From positions 124,001 to 188,000 of the forward strand of contig CATNEN010000003.1 of NCBI GenBank assembly GCA_950097015.1: a stretch of DNA of 64,000 nt. The letters run 5' to 3'. Positions 34,797 to 46,840 of this stretch are shown here, piece by piece. Origin of the DNA: Macrostomum hystrix. Its lineage: Eukaryota > Animalia > Platyhelminthes. The translations under genes were made by a program, and so were the position numbers. A model generated the notes under the pieces. It ran no database searches, was not told where the DNA came from, and saw only the letters and a program-made list of their open reading frames with translations. Positions within the stretch are counted from its first letter, which is position 1. Each line of letters opens with the position of its first letter.

Positions 34797-37700
34797 GAGC
34801 TGCGTCAGTTAAAAGTAGAAAAAAATGCGCATTTTTCGATATTTGAAAAACACACTTTTACAGAATTATCTGTCAATGTAAGAATTTAGCGGAAAATAAC
34901 CAATCAGTGTTTCGTAGGTCCGAAAATTCGCCAAAAGTTGGGTTCAATCAATTTTTGACTGTATATTGTGAATCCTTATTTTTGAGATTCAAGATTTCGA
35001 CGGGTCTCAAAAAAGTCACTTTTTCGTTGCCATGGGAACCAAGACGCGTTAATTTGGTAATTTCACGTCGCTCATCTTGTAGCCCTAAATGTTTTACGTC
35101 CATAGAGGGGTTGCACATGGTTTTATCTCAAGTGGTTTTAATTATGCATCAATTTTAGTTTCTAAAACGTTGATTTTACGTTGGGGGGGGTCTCCGGGCA
35201 ATCTTATCTCGGTCTCGTTGTCAATTTTTCCGGACTGCACTTCGACCTAACTAACTTACGCGTCATCCTCTGAGCCTTCCGACTGAGCCTACCAACAAAG
35301 TGGTGAGTGACAGATCGAGCAATTAACATATTTGCCTCTCGCACTAAGTTCCTGAGCTCGGTTCCTCGGCGAGGCCCAATTAATTTTGCGGCGCAGCCGG
35401 TGAGAGAGACCTATGTTGGCTTTTTTGTCATGTAATTCCTTGTGCTGAACCTTAAAGGCACAGCCATAAAGTTTAATTAAAAAATTGCAATAATAGTACA
35501 CCTATTGTGTCTTTGCGCAAGTATCTGCGTGACTGTTTAGCTTTACAAAGTGCAAAAAATCGTCTCTAGTTGAGATGAGAGAGCTCAAACCAAAGAGACC
35601 AGAGGAAATTGGTTAGTGCGAATTTGGTTAGTGCGAACGAATCTTCTTAAAATGGAGGATGGTCGGAAAAGCATATAACGACGTTTTTAAAATTGAAAAG
35701 CTTACAGCTCTGCACCAGGTTGATGGAATTACTAATAGCTTTTACTGACATGTGCAAAAGACCCAGGCCTATCGATCCGAGTCTGTCCGGTTGTCATGGC
35801 GACGCATCTTGGTTGCCATGGCAACCGAAAACTCGATTTTTTCAGGTGCCTCGAAAAATTTGATCTCGAAAAATAAGGAACCACAATATGGTGCCGCCAA
35901 GTGACTGAAGTCAGCCGACGCGGGCATTCAAACCCTAGAAAGGTATGTAATTGGTTTTTTTATTGCTCCCTATCTTTTGGCTGACTTGGTCGAAAAACTG
36001 TTTTTCAAGGGTCAAAAAATGTGCATTTTTTCAATTTTTGAAATCAAGCAGCTCAAAGGACGCGCGACAGCGCGGACTTTGAGCTGCTTGATTGAATACA
36101 GCATACCTGGGCCTAACAGCCTACAGTAGGGTTATGTTTTCAGGTTTGCACTTTTACAGGTAAATTGCACCTGTTCTCTACCTGTACACTATGACTGGGG
36201 TGCTATTCGAACCGTTCCCGAGTACGCAAGGACAGTCAGCTCGAGCCAATTCGGTACGTATTTTACTTAATCTGGATGAGATCTATATGGAAAAGTTGGT
36301 TTCAGACCGATTGAGTGTTTTGTTTATGTGCTGTGGGGTTGTAAACCCGGAAAACATGATTTTCGTCATTTTTCGTCATTTTTTGATCTACAAATGTCCA
36401 AAAAATAAGAATCCACGATATGCTGATGACAGGAAACTGCATAGCTAAGATGCACAACAAATATGCGCACAATATGTACATCTTGATTTGTCTTAATATG
36501 TTACGGTTATTTGCTGTTGTTCGAAAAACACAAATTACGACACTCTGAGGGACATGAATTCGAATAAACATATCGTCGTACAACTTTTTTCTCCTGCATC
36601 GCACAATTATTAGCTTCGTGTCGCTGAACTACATTTTAGATGAACTTTCATTTGAGGCTAGAGATAAGTACATATGTGCACTTTCTGTTCGTACAGTATT
36701 CAAATTTGTACATGTACAGGTGTACATGTACTTGTACACGATAGTACAAAAATAAGAAAGTCGCTCTAAAATTGCAGAAAACTGCTCAGACTCGTAGAAC
36801 TAGGTGTGTAGACAAAAGTTTATATTGAAAATTAAGCTCTGCGTGGAACTACTGTTGATCCAAATGAGGTCAAAGGTGGAAAACGTTGTTTTTGCAGTTT
36901 TTTGCACTTTTTCGACACGAAAAATTTTACGCTCGAAAAACATATTACTATTTAGCCCAATTTAACCTATTTGCCCCCAATGACAACATATTTTGGCTAA
37001 TTATGTACACCTCAGTTAAGCCGTGAAAATTCGTTTTTCCTATACAGGTCAGATCACCTGTGATCACGACACACGGTGGCTTCACAATTTAAGGTACTCC
37101 TTTTAGTGTAACTTTTGAACACTTTATTTTAAGACATTGAGTGAGGCGTCGTTTGGTAACACTTTAATGCGGCAATAAAATGACGCATAACACTTGTGTC
37201 ATCTCATAACAGGTAAGCGTCAATACCGGATTGTATACTTGTACAGGTAAAAATTTGCGGCAAATTTGGTCTGGAATTGAGGCAAACGCATTAATTTAGC
37301 TGAAAACGGTGTCAAATAATATGTGTAGGTGTTGTATAAGAAGTGGCACTTCAGGTTTTTCAAAAGATGTCATTGTAACTTTTAAAATCGGTCTCAAATA
37401 AAAATATCGTGTTTTCGGGTCCATTTTTGCTGTTTTTGTCGTTAGGCCAAAAAGTGAATTTTGCATCGCTATAAGACGCTTAGTACCTCGGAGTAAACGT
37501 TGTGCGCCTCGAAATTCTACACCGAATGTATGTATCGTGTGTTCTGGGAAAATTCGAAATAGTTGTAAAAATAGGAATAAAGGTGCAAATTAGTGCATTT
37601 TTTGTAAGTCTGTGTAATTTGAAATATTTAAAAGCGTTGGTATAACAAAAGTTTATGTCTAGCATTGAAAACGTAGTAACGTAGTACGCTTTGGCATATA

Positions 37701-38124
37701 TACAACACATAAAAGTATTTTCTAAACGTTTTTCATTGAATTTCAGGTTATTCGAGTTGTTTCATTAAAATTTTCGCTTTTCTTCGTTGTATTAATTTAA
37801 AATTTTGGCGTATGCGATTTAGTTTATCACAAATTCTAACGTATATACATTTTGCAATCAAAGTATTTTGTGCGCAAGTCCCTGCGTCACATAAGAAGGC
37901 ATTTCAACTTTAAGTTTGTAGCTACGATGAGTTTAATTATGCTGTTTAAATTGCTATATTACTATCTGATATACAGAAGGATACTGATAGAACAGTGTTG
38001 TATCTCTTTAAGTTGGTTTCAATCTGCACAAGAAAGTGAGTAGCAGTAAGTTTTCATGTGCTTGTAAAGTATCCATAATTTATCAAACCATCCCAAATTT
38101 AAAATTTTATGGCAAAATGAAAAC

Positions 38125-38435
38125 AGTATGCTTATAAATGGTCATTGGGCAATATAAATAACTGTAAATAAATAAAACAACTATAACTAAATTATATGAC
38201 TATATTTTATGTTATAAAATTATAAATGAAAGCAATAATAAAAGCATAATTTCCATATAAATAATTATGAATAAGAAATATATAGTGAAATGTAATGATA
38301 AGGCAAAATAATAACAATATGCTTATAATGGTCAATGGGCAATATAAATAACTGTAAATAAATATAACAACTATAACAAAATTTTGTGACTATATTTTAT
38401 AATATAAAATTATAAATGAAAGCAATAATAAAAAT
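38125..38435. repeat. AT-rich tandem duplication (about 190-bp spacing)
   Basis: TATGCTTATAA.TGGTCA.TGGGCAATATAAATAACTGTAAATAAAT... occurs twice. Confidence 0.8.
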
Positions 38436-39047
38436 AAATATTAGGCATATTTATCCTAATTATTTTAATAATTATAACCATTTAATTATAATTATAATCA
38501 TTTCCCTTTTTGCTTAAATCGTTCAACCTGTAAGGTGTATGAACAGCAAAATAACATTTTGATGAAGTGGCTATCGACAGTTTTGAACAATGTCCGACGC
38601 TTTGAGTTTGGTTCACAGCAGGAATACCCACGCTTTCTATTCAAAATTTAACCCCTTCGTTTTTGACCAGTTTTTTATTTTGTGTAATCCTGCCTGTGAC
38701 CAAATATGGGTTTGCCAATAATTATTAGGCTGTAAATATTCAGCTGAATTCTAAGGCACAATAGTTCACTGCAAAGTCGTATCTGATGGTTTCACGTACC
38801 TGTGGGTGTTCGACTGTTCATTGAATAGTAGGCTTCTCAAAAGTCTCATTTTCAATGGCAGCAAACAAAATCGGAGCGGCAAAGTATTGTTTTGTTTTGC
38901 ACTGCTTCATATCGTTCTCCCTAAATTTCTCAATTGCTTGACTGTCTCCAGTACTCGTACGAGTAATTTAAAAAGTGATTTCTTGTTTTTTTATTTGCTC
39001 GAAAGTGTTCTATTCGTTTGATTAAGTACGAGTTTTGTTTTGTGTAG

Positions 39048-40285
39048 TATCAATGTAACCGTTAGCCGCCGCGGTGGCGGCGTCCAAGGTGGCGGCCGAG
39101 GCGGCGGTGGCGGCGTCCACGCTGGTGGCGGCGGCGGTGGCAGCGTCCGCGGCGGTGGTGGCGGCTTCGGCGGTGGCGGCGGCGGTAGCGGCTACGGCGG
39201 TGGCGGTGGCGGTGGCGGTTACGGCGGTGGCGGTCAAGGCGGCGGTGGCGGCTACGGCGGTGGCGTCTACGGCGGTGGCGGCTACGGCGGTGGCGGCTAC
39301 GGCGGTGGCGTCTACGGCGGTGGCGGCAACGGCGGCGGTGGCGGCCTAGCGCCTTTCGGTGGCGGCCTAGCGCCTTTCGGTGGCGGCTACGGCGGCTACG
39401 GCGGCGGTGACGGCCGAGGTGACGGCCGAGGCGGCGGTGACGGCCGAAGCGGTGGCGGCCGAGGCGGTGGCGGCTACGGCAGCGGTGGCGGCGGCGGCGG
39501 CGGTGGTGGCGGCGACCGAGGCGGTGGTGTGCGCGGTGGCGGCCGTGTTTGTGGAGGTGCCAGCGCTGGCCGTTTATGTTAGTTTTCCATTTAGTTATCA
39601 TTTGAATAGAGCGGATAGCTCAGTCAGTAAGGTGTCGGACTCTGGATCAGATGGTCCTGGGTTCGACTCCCGACCTAGTCTAGAACTATTCGTGCAGCCC
39701 TTGGCAAGCTGCTTTGCCCTGATGTGCACACAGTCTACTCAGCTGCAAATGAGTACCGACATTTCGTCGGGTAATAATAATTCCGGCTGGCGTGGAATAA
39801 AGCAGTTCTGTGCGGCAATTCAGTGGGTTTGGATGCTGCCGATATGTTTGGAAAAATAAATTCCATTGCTGACATGCGGCTGTCAACCGGTGTCCGAGAG
39901 AGCCGGGGAGTACAATAGGTGTGCAGTCCCCACCTGCTAGTGTGCCTGACACACAACACCTGCACTGGCCCTTGGGTCTAGTGTCATTATTATTATTATT
40001 ATTGAATAGAGCATTTTTTTCATAGAGTGCATGAGTTTCTTTCTATTTACTTTGGTTTTTTTATTTGCAGTATGCCATCGATGTTGCGGTCTCAGGCATG
40101 TTGCCCGAGACTGCAAGAAGAGAAGCCGCAGCCGCAGCCGCAGCGGCGCCCGCTGTGAAAACAGCAGCCGCCGCCATAAAAGCAGCAGTAGCAACAGCAG
40201 CAGCATACTGCATACCCAGACTGTGGGTATGCAGTTGTCGAAATTTACCGTTAAGCATCAACCAACAGCATGTGGATTCTTATAG
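39048..40285 (+). CDS. Internal exons (39048-39577; 40071-about 40226/40285) of a Gly-rich RNA-binding protein with a degenerate zinc knuckle and short RS tail
   Basis: Acceptor TTTTGTGTAG, INVTVSRRGGG then GGY/RGG repeats; donor GTTAGT (phase 1) joins acceptor TTTGCAG in frame to CHRCCGLRHVARDCKKRSRSRSRS. Confidence 0.6.
39613..40001 (+). mobile_element. tRNA-derived SINE with CORE-like domain, intronic
   Basis: A box TAGCTCAGTCAG, B box GGTTCGACTCC, CORE-like CCTTGGCAAG...CAGTCTACTCAGCTGCAAATGAG, (ATT)n tail, TSD TTGAATAGAGC (39602-39612 and 40002-40012). Confidence 0.88.
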
Positions 40286-41469
40286 TTTGCATTTTCCCTC
40301 AATCTACTTTCAATTTATGAGTCTTTAGCTGTGCTGTTAATGGCTTATTTAAACTTTTCAGGCAAGAAACTTTGGGCAAAATACGAGTACTTTGCTCTCT
40401 CATCTCAATGAAGATCACATCTTCATTACTAGCCTAGTCTTGGTTACTGTCACCAAATGGTGCGACAGTATACACACTCCCTCGTAACAATTTTATTAGA
40501 ATAATTTTATTCTTATACGGGGTTGTGCTTATATTTAGCGGTGCAATAGCTATAATTAAAAAACTCCCTTCGTTTGTACTTTCTTTTATGCACCTTATCA
40601 CTTATATAAACAAGTGCATGTTTCTTAAATTTAGTTCAAGATTGATAGAATAAATAAATAAAATAAATAAATAGATAAATAAAATAAATAAATAAAAGTT
40701 CAAAAAAGAGCCATAGGAGTATTGAAAACGATCGAGTTTTTAGATTCTTGTGTGAGATAAAAAATTTCGAGTTCATTCGCCAGAATTTATATATACCGAT
40801 GCTTCCTACTTAGCAGCCAGCTGCAGACGGTTGATCTGCAGCTGGTTATTTATCCCTGTGCAATTATATTGTAGCGGCATTAAATAATCGAGACGAAATT
40901 AAAGCGGTGGTTCTTTTATTTTGTCGCTTGAGAGAGGAAGTTGTCGAGATATAAGAACCGGTTGAAGATTTAGCGTGCTGGGCATAAATCGCAGATATCG
41001 CAGTTTATTTATAAAGCTATAAATTATATTTGAAACTTATTGAAACTAAATTTCTAATGATTGAAATGATTGCCAAAACTTGAGTGATTGTAATTTTTTT
41101 CCGAATCAGCTATTATGCTGCGTTTTAAAATTTCCTCTCATAGTTTCATACTTAAAGTAGGAATGATGCAACATTAGCATTTTTGTTCATGGTGAACTAT
41201 AATACGCTCGTATTTAACACGATATTGTTGCAGGGCTATTCTATAATATTTAATATCCCACGAATGCCACCAAAGTTGTACTAGGGCGGATCTCACTGCT
41301 GCTGTCTCAATTTAATAGATATTTAGACTGGCGGTCCTTAAATGGGCCGTTTTAACTCCTCAATATGGTAGCGTATGTATTGCACGAGCGGTAATTAGGC
41401 AACTGTATGCGTTTCGAGTCAATTAGGCGTCCCCGAGATTAGAGTTTAGCAGTTCCCTCTTAGTAATAT

Positions 41470-41575
41470 TCTTAGTATAAATCTGAGTATAGGTCTTAGT
41501 ATAGGTCTTAGTATGGTTCTCAGTATAGTTCTTAGTATGGTTCTTAGTATAGTACTCAGTATATCTCTCAGTATC
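41470..41575. repeat. About 12-bp degenerate tandem repeat (TTAGTATAGGTC-like)
   Basis: About 8 diverged copies. Confidence 0.8.
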
Positions 41576-43376
41576 TTCTCACAAATGACTAACACAATGA
41601 ATTATTTCCTCAAATCTCTCTTTTATATCTCGAACACACTTGAAGCTTCAACAATGACTTGACTTTCGGCCAACAATTTTACTCACACACTCTCCCACTC
41701 TCTTACACGCACGGCGAGGTTATTTTTCTGTCTGAAAAACTGCGGCTTAAGGCGGAAGGCCTTTTGTTTACGAAGTTGGAGTGGCAGCGAAGCTAGTGTG
41801 CTGCATGGCACGTATATTTATATTTACAGCAAACGCGAGAGCGAGATAGAGGGGCCTAGGGAGGTGCGAAATGGTGGCGTGACTTCTCACACCCCGGCTT
41901 AGCGAGCCGGCTGGCTGGGTGCACCAACCCCCACCTCAACTAGACTGAGGTTGAGGGGTTTTGGGTGCGGCTGCACTGGCGCTGGCTGGTCGCGTGTTGA
42001 CTGTCCGCCACAGGCTATATATACAAGAGTTTTTTAGCATTTGTTTAAACGGTGAATTTTCACAACATAATATTTACACGGTCATCATTAAAACAAAAAT
42101 ATTCATACAGTATTACTTTCAATATAGTAAAGAGTAGAACAAAATTTTGTTATTTTTGGCGCGTATTTAATTTTATGATTTTTGAGTATTTTTATAAAAC
42201 GTATTTACAAAAAAATGTAACATATTTACACTAAAACTGATAATGTATTTACACCGTTACAATATTATATTTCCCTTACTAAGAGTCAAGTTACAGAACT
42301 TTTATTAAATTATAAGCTGTCCTCCATTCTCTTGCCTTTTCAAACAGTGAGCCACTCTCAAGTCTTTCAAAAATGCGCTAAGTGAGGTAAAAATGATTAT
42401 TAATTGTCAGAATTGGAATTTTCGCCCGCCTAGCCAGTTTTTCGATTCAGGAAAAATTAAAGAAAATAACAGTACTTAAAAAAAGAAGCCTAAGAATATA
42501 AATTTCTTGGCGTGCGTGCACTTTCTTGCTTTCTTTTTTTTGCTTGAAATTTGAAAATTACGACAGCAAAACTTTATTATTTTGAAGCGCTACTTGACAC
42601 GTATATGGAGTAGTATCAGCAATATCAATACCATAAATTTAATACGAGACCCAGTTGGTAATGGCCAAGTTGGCTCCTGTTGCAAAGACGCGCACATGTA
42701 ATATGCTATATTGATATTATTGAGCATATTATTATATTTATATGATGTTAGTATTAATTATTCAAATTTTATAATATTAATTATTGAAAATTAAGAATTA
42801 TGTTTTGGATCTATCATCACTACAGAAGTATAAGTTCATAAAACGAAACAAATGCACAATTGCTAAATAATTCGGCGCAGTAACAAGAAATGATACCTCT
42901 ATATACTCTCATTATATAGTAGTTATGCTCTCATTAGGTAAATTCAAATTGCATGGCTGCAGAACAGTCAAGAAATTTATAAACCAGGCCTTTCCGTTTA
43001 AAATATCTCCACGAGCAGCAGCACGTGTTCGGTTTTTCATTAATAAAGAATGCCTCTGGCTGCACGCGAAACCTCTTCAGACTGTCAAGCAGCGCGCAAA
43101 TTCTAACCATTATGCTATTGTCAACCATTCAAAGAATAATTACAAAGATGGAGACTTCAAGCTCTCAAGCATTGAAAAGATATTTTGACAGCCTTCTTGC
43201 AGCAATTAAAACTCTTCTGTGCCGACGAACAATTAAAATCTAACTATTCACAAGCTGCCAAGCACGTGGTTGATCTCCTGCCCATTAGACATTTTGTAAA
43301 TTTTCTATAGCTCGGAATTTTTATTTGTTAAAAAGATTCAGCAGACAAAAGTCCGCTTGATAAGTGGTCAGACAGT

Positions 43377-43690
43377 TTGTCTGCCACGCGAGTAGAAAAA
43401 ACTGACTTGTCTCAAGATGCGAACCACATTACAGAACGTTTCTTGACCCTCGGCGCTTCTGACCTAGGCCTGGGAACTTTTTATGGTTTGAGATTTCTTA
43501 CGGTGCTTTCTTTTCTCTTCGCATGGAGTGTGACGAATTTATCATTGTATGCACTCAGAAAGTTTTTTGTCAGGCTCTTTTGTAACATTGGGTTAAAGCT
43601 ATTTAGAGTTTCAGGAAAATTCCAGATTTGCGAAACTATTATGCTGCCCAGCACGTGTTGTGAACAAGCCTTCTAGCTCTTCACAAATGG
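43377..43690 (+). pseudogene. Possible decayed hAT transposase C-terminal dimerisation domain
   Basis: ICETIMLPSTCCEQAF* resembles LxLPxSTAxCERxFS. Confidence 0.3.
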
Positions 43691-44408
43691 CCTTCTTATT
43701 TTCATTGCTCGAATTTTAAATATACGAAGTATAGTGCACCTGAGAATGTGAACAGAACGAGAGTATTCTTTATATAGCGGTGTTAGCTAAGGCTACGAGC
43801 GTAGCATATTAGCTCGTATCGATTTTACTTTTCATTCCGAAAGCCAATCACTTTTATGGGAAAGCATTGAAAAAGTCACCTCTGTCACCTTCTTAGCCCA
43901 GGTATTTTTAACACGGCCCAGCCCAGGTTTTTGATACATGCTATCAGGCTTACTTTAAAAAGCCTGAACTTGAAGCATCGAGAAGTAGGAAAGTTTATGA
44001 TTAGTTTGTATAAAGCTTAGGAGAGCAACAGCATATGAGGTTAACTTACTCGTTTGCTTTTATTTTAAAAGTTTAAAAAGTGTAGGTTTTTCGAAAAATG
44101 TAAAAGTAACAAAAAACTAGCAATTTAGCGGCTCAGAAACAAGGTAATTACAGTCTGGAATACATGTATCTCGTAGGTAAGAATAAAGTTTTTGATCTCT
44201 ATAAAATCTCTAGACTGTCTTTAGTCAAGGTACGAGGTACGATATTAAAAGTGAAGTTGTTTTTTTCAGTCGAATTTATAGAAGTCACAATTCACAACTA
44301 AAGCTACTTTTGGACTATATATACGCAAGTATTCGTATTATCGAATTAACGCACTTTTACTATTGTTTTAAGAGTCATAGTCTCAGTGCCACGTAGTCTC
44401 TCAATCGC

Positions 44409-46753
44409 CTAGCCACTCGTCAGATAGATAAGGAAGCGATCGGCTTGAGTCGCTGCCCCTCCGTTCTGGTAGCTGACACCCTTGCCCTTCCCGTTGTAAA
44501 TCAGCAGAGGCGCAGAGCCAGTCCAGTGGGCGCGACCCCACGGGCAGGCATCAGATCCGTCCAGAACCACCCAGAATCCATCGTCGTTCGGGCAGCCAGG
44601 GTAGTGGTAGTTGATAAAGAACCGACGGTGCCACACTGGATCTCCGTTGATGGAGAAGAAGTTGAAGCCACTATTACCAATCGAGAAAGGCTGTGAGGAG
44701 ACCACGCGAGAAGGTGAGAACCAGTTTTCCTTGTTGAGTCCGGCAGTGCTTGACACATCGAACACGACCTGAGCCACCACGGAGCCTCCGGTCCTCATCT
44801 CTGCTACGATCTTTGAATAGCCAGTGCTCCTGATTGCTGATTCCAGATTATCAACAGCATCGGAGCGGAACAGGTGAGGCAGCGACCTGTCTGCAGGAAT
44901 AGCGTTGTTTCCACGGTTCAGGAACGTGTGGTAGGCGCTTTGTCCAATCTTGGCTTTTGTCGTGTAGAGCAGGACTTTATTCGGCTCTGAAATAAGTATG
45001 CATTTATTGGCATGTACTTATTCTGTATAAAAAATCATTTCGAGATCAGAAGCAGCTTTTTGGGTAGTTATCCACTTCTATATCTCGATCCATACCAAAG
45101 CGGAAAAATCCATCGTCAGCTGGTGGCGCAGGTCCGACCGGAACCTCCGAGCCGGATCCGCCCGGGCAATCACCAGATGCAGCTGCAGCAAGCTTGTCTG
45201 GTCCATTGCCTCTGAATTTTTTTGCGGAAAAATTTATAAAAACATTTTTACTGTAAAATAGAACAGTTTCATGCAACTTACTGCAAGTAGATCAGGAAGT
45301 GGTCAGCGAGAGCAACAGCCCCTCCGTTTTGGTAGCTGACACCCTTGCCCTTCCCGTTGTAAATCAGCAGAGGCGCAGAGCCAGTCCAGTGGGCGCGACC
45401 CCACGGGCAGGCATCAGATCCGTCCAGAACCACCCAGAATCCATCGTCGTTCGGGCAGCCAGGGTAGTGGTAGTTGATAAAGAACCGACGGTGCCACACT
45501 GGATCTCCGTTGATGGAGAAGAAGTTGAAGCCACTATTACCAATCGAGAAAGGCTGTGAGGAGACCACGCGAGAAGGTGAGAACCAGTTTTCCTTGTTGA
45601 GTCCGGCAGTGCTTGACACATCGAACACGACCTGAGCAACCATGGATCCTCCGCTCCTCATCTCAGCAACCATCTTTGTGTAACCTGTGCGGCTAATCAT
45701 TGAAGCTAAGTCATCAACAGCATCCGAACGATACAACCTGGGCAGCGATCGATCTGCTGGAATGGAGCTGTGGCCTCGGTTTAAGAACGTTTGGTAAACA
45801 CTTTGTCCAATCTTTGACTTAATGGCGTATAGGAGAATTCTGTTGCTCTCTGGAATATAGATTAATGGTAAGTTAATAAACTACATTGTAAGCGTAAGAA
45901 AATCTGAAATACAATAAATGTATATTAGTAAGTATATTTTAGTAAACATACCGAAGCGGAAGAGTCCATCACCGGAACCACCAGAGCTACCTGGAGTGCA
46001 TGCCGGCTTCACAGGTTTAGGTCCGACCGGGACAGATGGATTCGGGCGCTTTTTGAGCTTGTATTCCCTGCCATCGACTGTGCCTGTGAATATAAACTCT
46101 AGGAAGCTGAATAGTCTTGAGGCGCTTGGATCACTATCAATGAAGTAATGAACTGTGCGCGAGCACAAGCTCTCGCTGCCGCAATAGAATATAAGATAAT
46201 ATGTTCCGGATGGATCCTTGTGCACTTTTACTGACAAACCGTTGCAGAGATCGCCGCAAACTTCCCGTGAGCCATCAAAAAAGTGGACGTCGATCTCAGC
46301 TGGCTCAAAGTTAATCCACTTGATGTCACCCGACTCAGGCGGCAGATCAAAATCGTACTTTAGTTGGATTGGGAAAGCGACGCGGTACTTTCCAAGGTCA
46401 GAAACATAGTGCACCCTAGGAGTATCTGACCAGGTAAGCGAGAAGGCAGGATCAACAACACGATATCCGTGAAAGAGGTGATAGTAAAGTGGCACACCAT
46501 GGTATTCATAGACAGGAGGTTCTGAGACCACTTCGGTCACCGTTGTAACGATGGTCCTGTCAGAATCTCCTGGCTCGGCTGTTTGATCGTCAACCTGATC
46601 CTCCACAAGTTCGTCCGCTTTCTCTTCTACTCGCTCTTCTTCCATGGGCTCCTCGGCATGGTCTTCGGCGGGCTCTTCTGACCACTGTTGTTTCGCGGCA
46701 CTAGATAAGACCAAGAAGCTGAACACTAGTATTAGTGTTAGAACGAATCTCAT
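44409..46753 (-). CDS. Secreted protein, 687 aa, with two tandem copies of an uncharacterised Trp/Cys-containing domain; exons 46753-45952, 45849-45282, 45211-45096, 44986-44409
   Basis: Signal peptide MRFVLTLILVFSFLVLSSA, acidic linker; three GT-AG introns (102, 70, 109 nt) with compatible phases 1, 2, 1; 2064 nt = 688 codons including stop. Confidence 0.9.
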
Positions 46754-46832
46754 TCTAGAGTATTCTGTAGCAACGGCACTGAATATAAAAGGTTGCAGGC
46801 TTCTGTTTAAATTTTCAGTCTCAAATCACAGG

Positions 46833-46840
46833 TATTTATA
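46833..46840 (-). promoter_or_regulatory. TATA box of the secreted-protein gene
   Basis: TATAAATA about 80 nt upstream of the ATG. Confidence 0.6.

Larger units (their letters stand above)
25929..36093. mobile_element. Non-coding foldback element (about 1.3 kb net) with long diverged inverted repeats and hairpins at both ends, split by the gypsy insertion
   Basis: 34801-35045 is a diverged reverse complement of about 35803-36058; both ends carry CAGCTCAAAG...CTTTGAGCTG hairpins. Confidence 0.65.

Noticed and set aside
36420-36446. Hammerhead ribozyme (CTGATGA...GAAA)
   Set aside because: Only 3 nt between the core motifs and no supporting stems.
24390-37850. One large DNA transposon enclosing the foldback and gypsy elements
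   Set aside because: Flanks look like non-autonomous TE sequence, but no matching TIRs or TSD could be identified by eye.
39608-39685. tRNA gene
   Set aside because: No acceptor stem; it is the SINE head.
39062-39859. Poly-Ala and Arg/His-rich alternative ORFs
   Set aside because: Alternative frames of GGC-rich Gly codons; only the Gly frame splices in phase to the knuckle exon.
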